Assembly: GCA_041548245.1 (NCBI GenBank)
Contig: JBFESZ010000039.1
Location: 1-18,088 of the forward strand
Origin: Sulfurimonadaceae bacterium
Lineage (GTDB): Bacteria; Campylobacterota; Campylobacteria; Campylobacterales; Sulfurimonadaceae
Direction of reading: 5' to 3'
Length of the DNA: 18,088 bases
This document shows positions 17,167 through 18,088 of the stretch, piece after piece. The notes under the pieces are model-generated. The model ran no database searches. It saw nothing but the letters and a program-made list of their open reading frames with translations, and was not told the DNA's origin. The position numbers and the translations under genes were made by a program. How positions within the stretch are numbered: the stretch's first letter is position 1; each line of letters begins with the position of its first letter.

Positions 17167-17730
17167 ATGACCCTCGAAATCTCAGAAGTTGCTATTTTAC
17201 CCACAAAGCACGGGACATTTAAAATACAGACATTCAAAGAGCACCACAAAGAGCATCTAGCCATATTTACAGACAATCTTTCGGATGCACCTATCATCCG
17301 TGTCCATTCAGAATGCCTCACCGGCGATGCTCTTGGCTCCTTAAAATGTGACTGCGGAGACCAACTCGATACGGCGCTTAAGCTGATTGCCAAAGAGGGT
17401 GGCATGGTGCTCTATCTTCGTCAGGAAGGACGAAACATCGGTCTACTGAACAAAGTCAATGCCTATGCCCTTCAGGACAAAGGCTTTGATACCGTCGCAG
17501 CCAACCATCAGTTGGGCTTTCCTGCCGATGCACGCTCTTACGAGATCGTCCATGACATCTTGAAACACTATAACATCAACCGCATCCGACTACTTACCAA
17601 CAATCCCGAAAAGATCAAGTCCCTTCAAGCTATAGAGATCGTAGAGAGGCTGCCTATCATCGTTGATACAAACAAATATAATGAAGAGTACCTGCAGGTC
17701 AAAAAAGATCAGATGGGGCATCTGCTTTAA
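17167..17730 (+). CDS. ribA: GTP cyclohydrolase II
   Basis: RVHSECLTGD, CDCGDQL, YLRQEGRNIGL, LLTNNPEK and C-terminal MGHLL. Confidence 0.98.
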   Translation: MTLEISEVAILPTKHGTFKIQTFKEHHKEHLAIFTDNLSDAPIIRVHSECLTGDALGSLKCDCGDQLDTALKLIAKEGGMVLYLRQEGRNIGLLNKVNAYALQDKGFDTVAANHQLGFPADARSYEIVHDILKHYNINRIRLLTNNPEKIKSLQAIEIVERLPIIVDTNKYNEEYLQVKKDQMGHLL

Positions 17731-17814
17731 GCACTTTTATTCTCGCACTGCTACGATATTTTTACCCAAAAAAAAGATTTTTATTATCAAAAGAAAAATA
17801 TATTGGAAAGTTTT

Positions 17815-17843
17815 GAAAGAGGAAACCCTGCCTTTGGCAGGGT
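17815..17843 (-). terminator. Intrinsic terminator of the porin gene
   Basis: GC-rich 8-bp stem ACCCTGCC/GGCAGGGT (17825-17843) followed on the minus strand by TTCCTCTTTC, 21 nt after the stop. Confidence 0.8.
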
Positions 17844-17864
17844 AAAAGACTTAGGCTTCTAAGA

Positions 17865-18088
17865 TTAGAAGTTGTAAGTCAGATAGACTTGAACTGTAGT
17901 TGCTTCTTCATCAGTAGCACCACCAACTCCATAGTCATACTCGTCCATAATAAGAGCAACTTTAGCATCTAGTGCACCAAATGATTTTCCTGCAGTAAGA
18001 GCTATCTCTGTCACTTCTTGATCATTAGCTGTTCCAGTCAAGTCAATATCTGCAACAGTATAACCTGCAAACAAATCGATTCCAGCAA
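17865..18088 (-). CDS. C-terminus of an outer-membrane beta-barrel porin (MOMP/OprD-like), 5'-truncated
   Basis: The frame stays open to the window edge. Alternating amphipathic strands and acidic loops end in the BAM beta-signal VYLTYNF. Strong terminator downstream. Confidence 0.8.
   Translation of the reverse strand, partial: AGIDLFAGYTVADIDLTGTANDQEVTEIALTAGKSFGALDAKVALIMDEYDYGVGGATDEEATTVQVYLTYNF

Noticed and set aside
881-17845. Many short antisense or alternate-frame ORFs in the track (e.g. 881-1324, 3257-3574, 8321-8728, 8914-9354, 14111-14506, 17663-17845)
   Set aside because: They are shadows of well-supported genes, with no recognisable motifs or RBSs.
1-18088. CRISPR array, tRNA/rRNA genes, IS elements, prophage or defence genes
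   Set aside because: No periodic repeats, RNA-gene signatures, or transposase/integrase/nuclease motifs were seen, and the intergenic gaps are short.

Overview
An 18 kb gene-dense bacterial chromosomal segment. The gene set, the TGn-TAnAAT promoters, the AAGGA-type RBSs and the ribA/hemB/argF arrangement point to Campylobacterota, probably Sulfurimonas/Sulfurovum-like (inferred). Housekeeping genes: AEC transporter, purine phosphoribosyltransferase, MscS, der, hemJ, trpS, argF, hemB, ribA and the 3' end of a porin. Four things stand out. (1) An envelope operon of mscS, three LPP20-type lipoproteins, a CsgG/FlgT-like lipoprotein and an MltC-like lytic transglycosylase without a lipid anchor. 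(2) A probably leaderless 93-aa ORF (N-terminal hydrophobic segment, acidic linker, C-terminal IFRPP) 49 nt upstream of a lipoprotein gene, which is the architecture of a ribosome-arrest or secretion-monitor peptide. (3) A NIT-GGDEF(degenerate)-EAL gene lying between hemB and argF. (4) A perfect 16-bp inverted repeat in the hemJ/trpS divergent promoter region. No rRNA, tRNA, CRISPR array or mobile element was recognised. All calls come from reading motifs by eye; no database searches were run.
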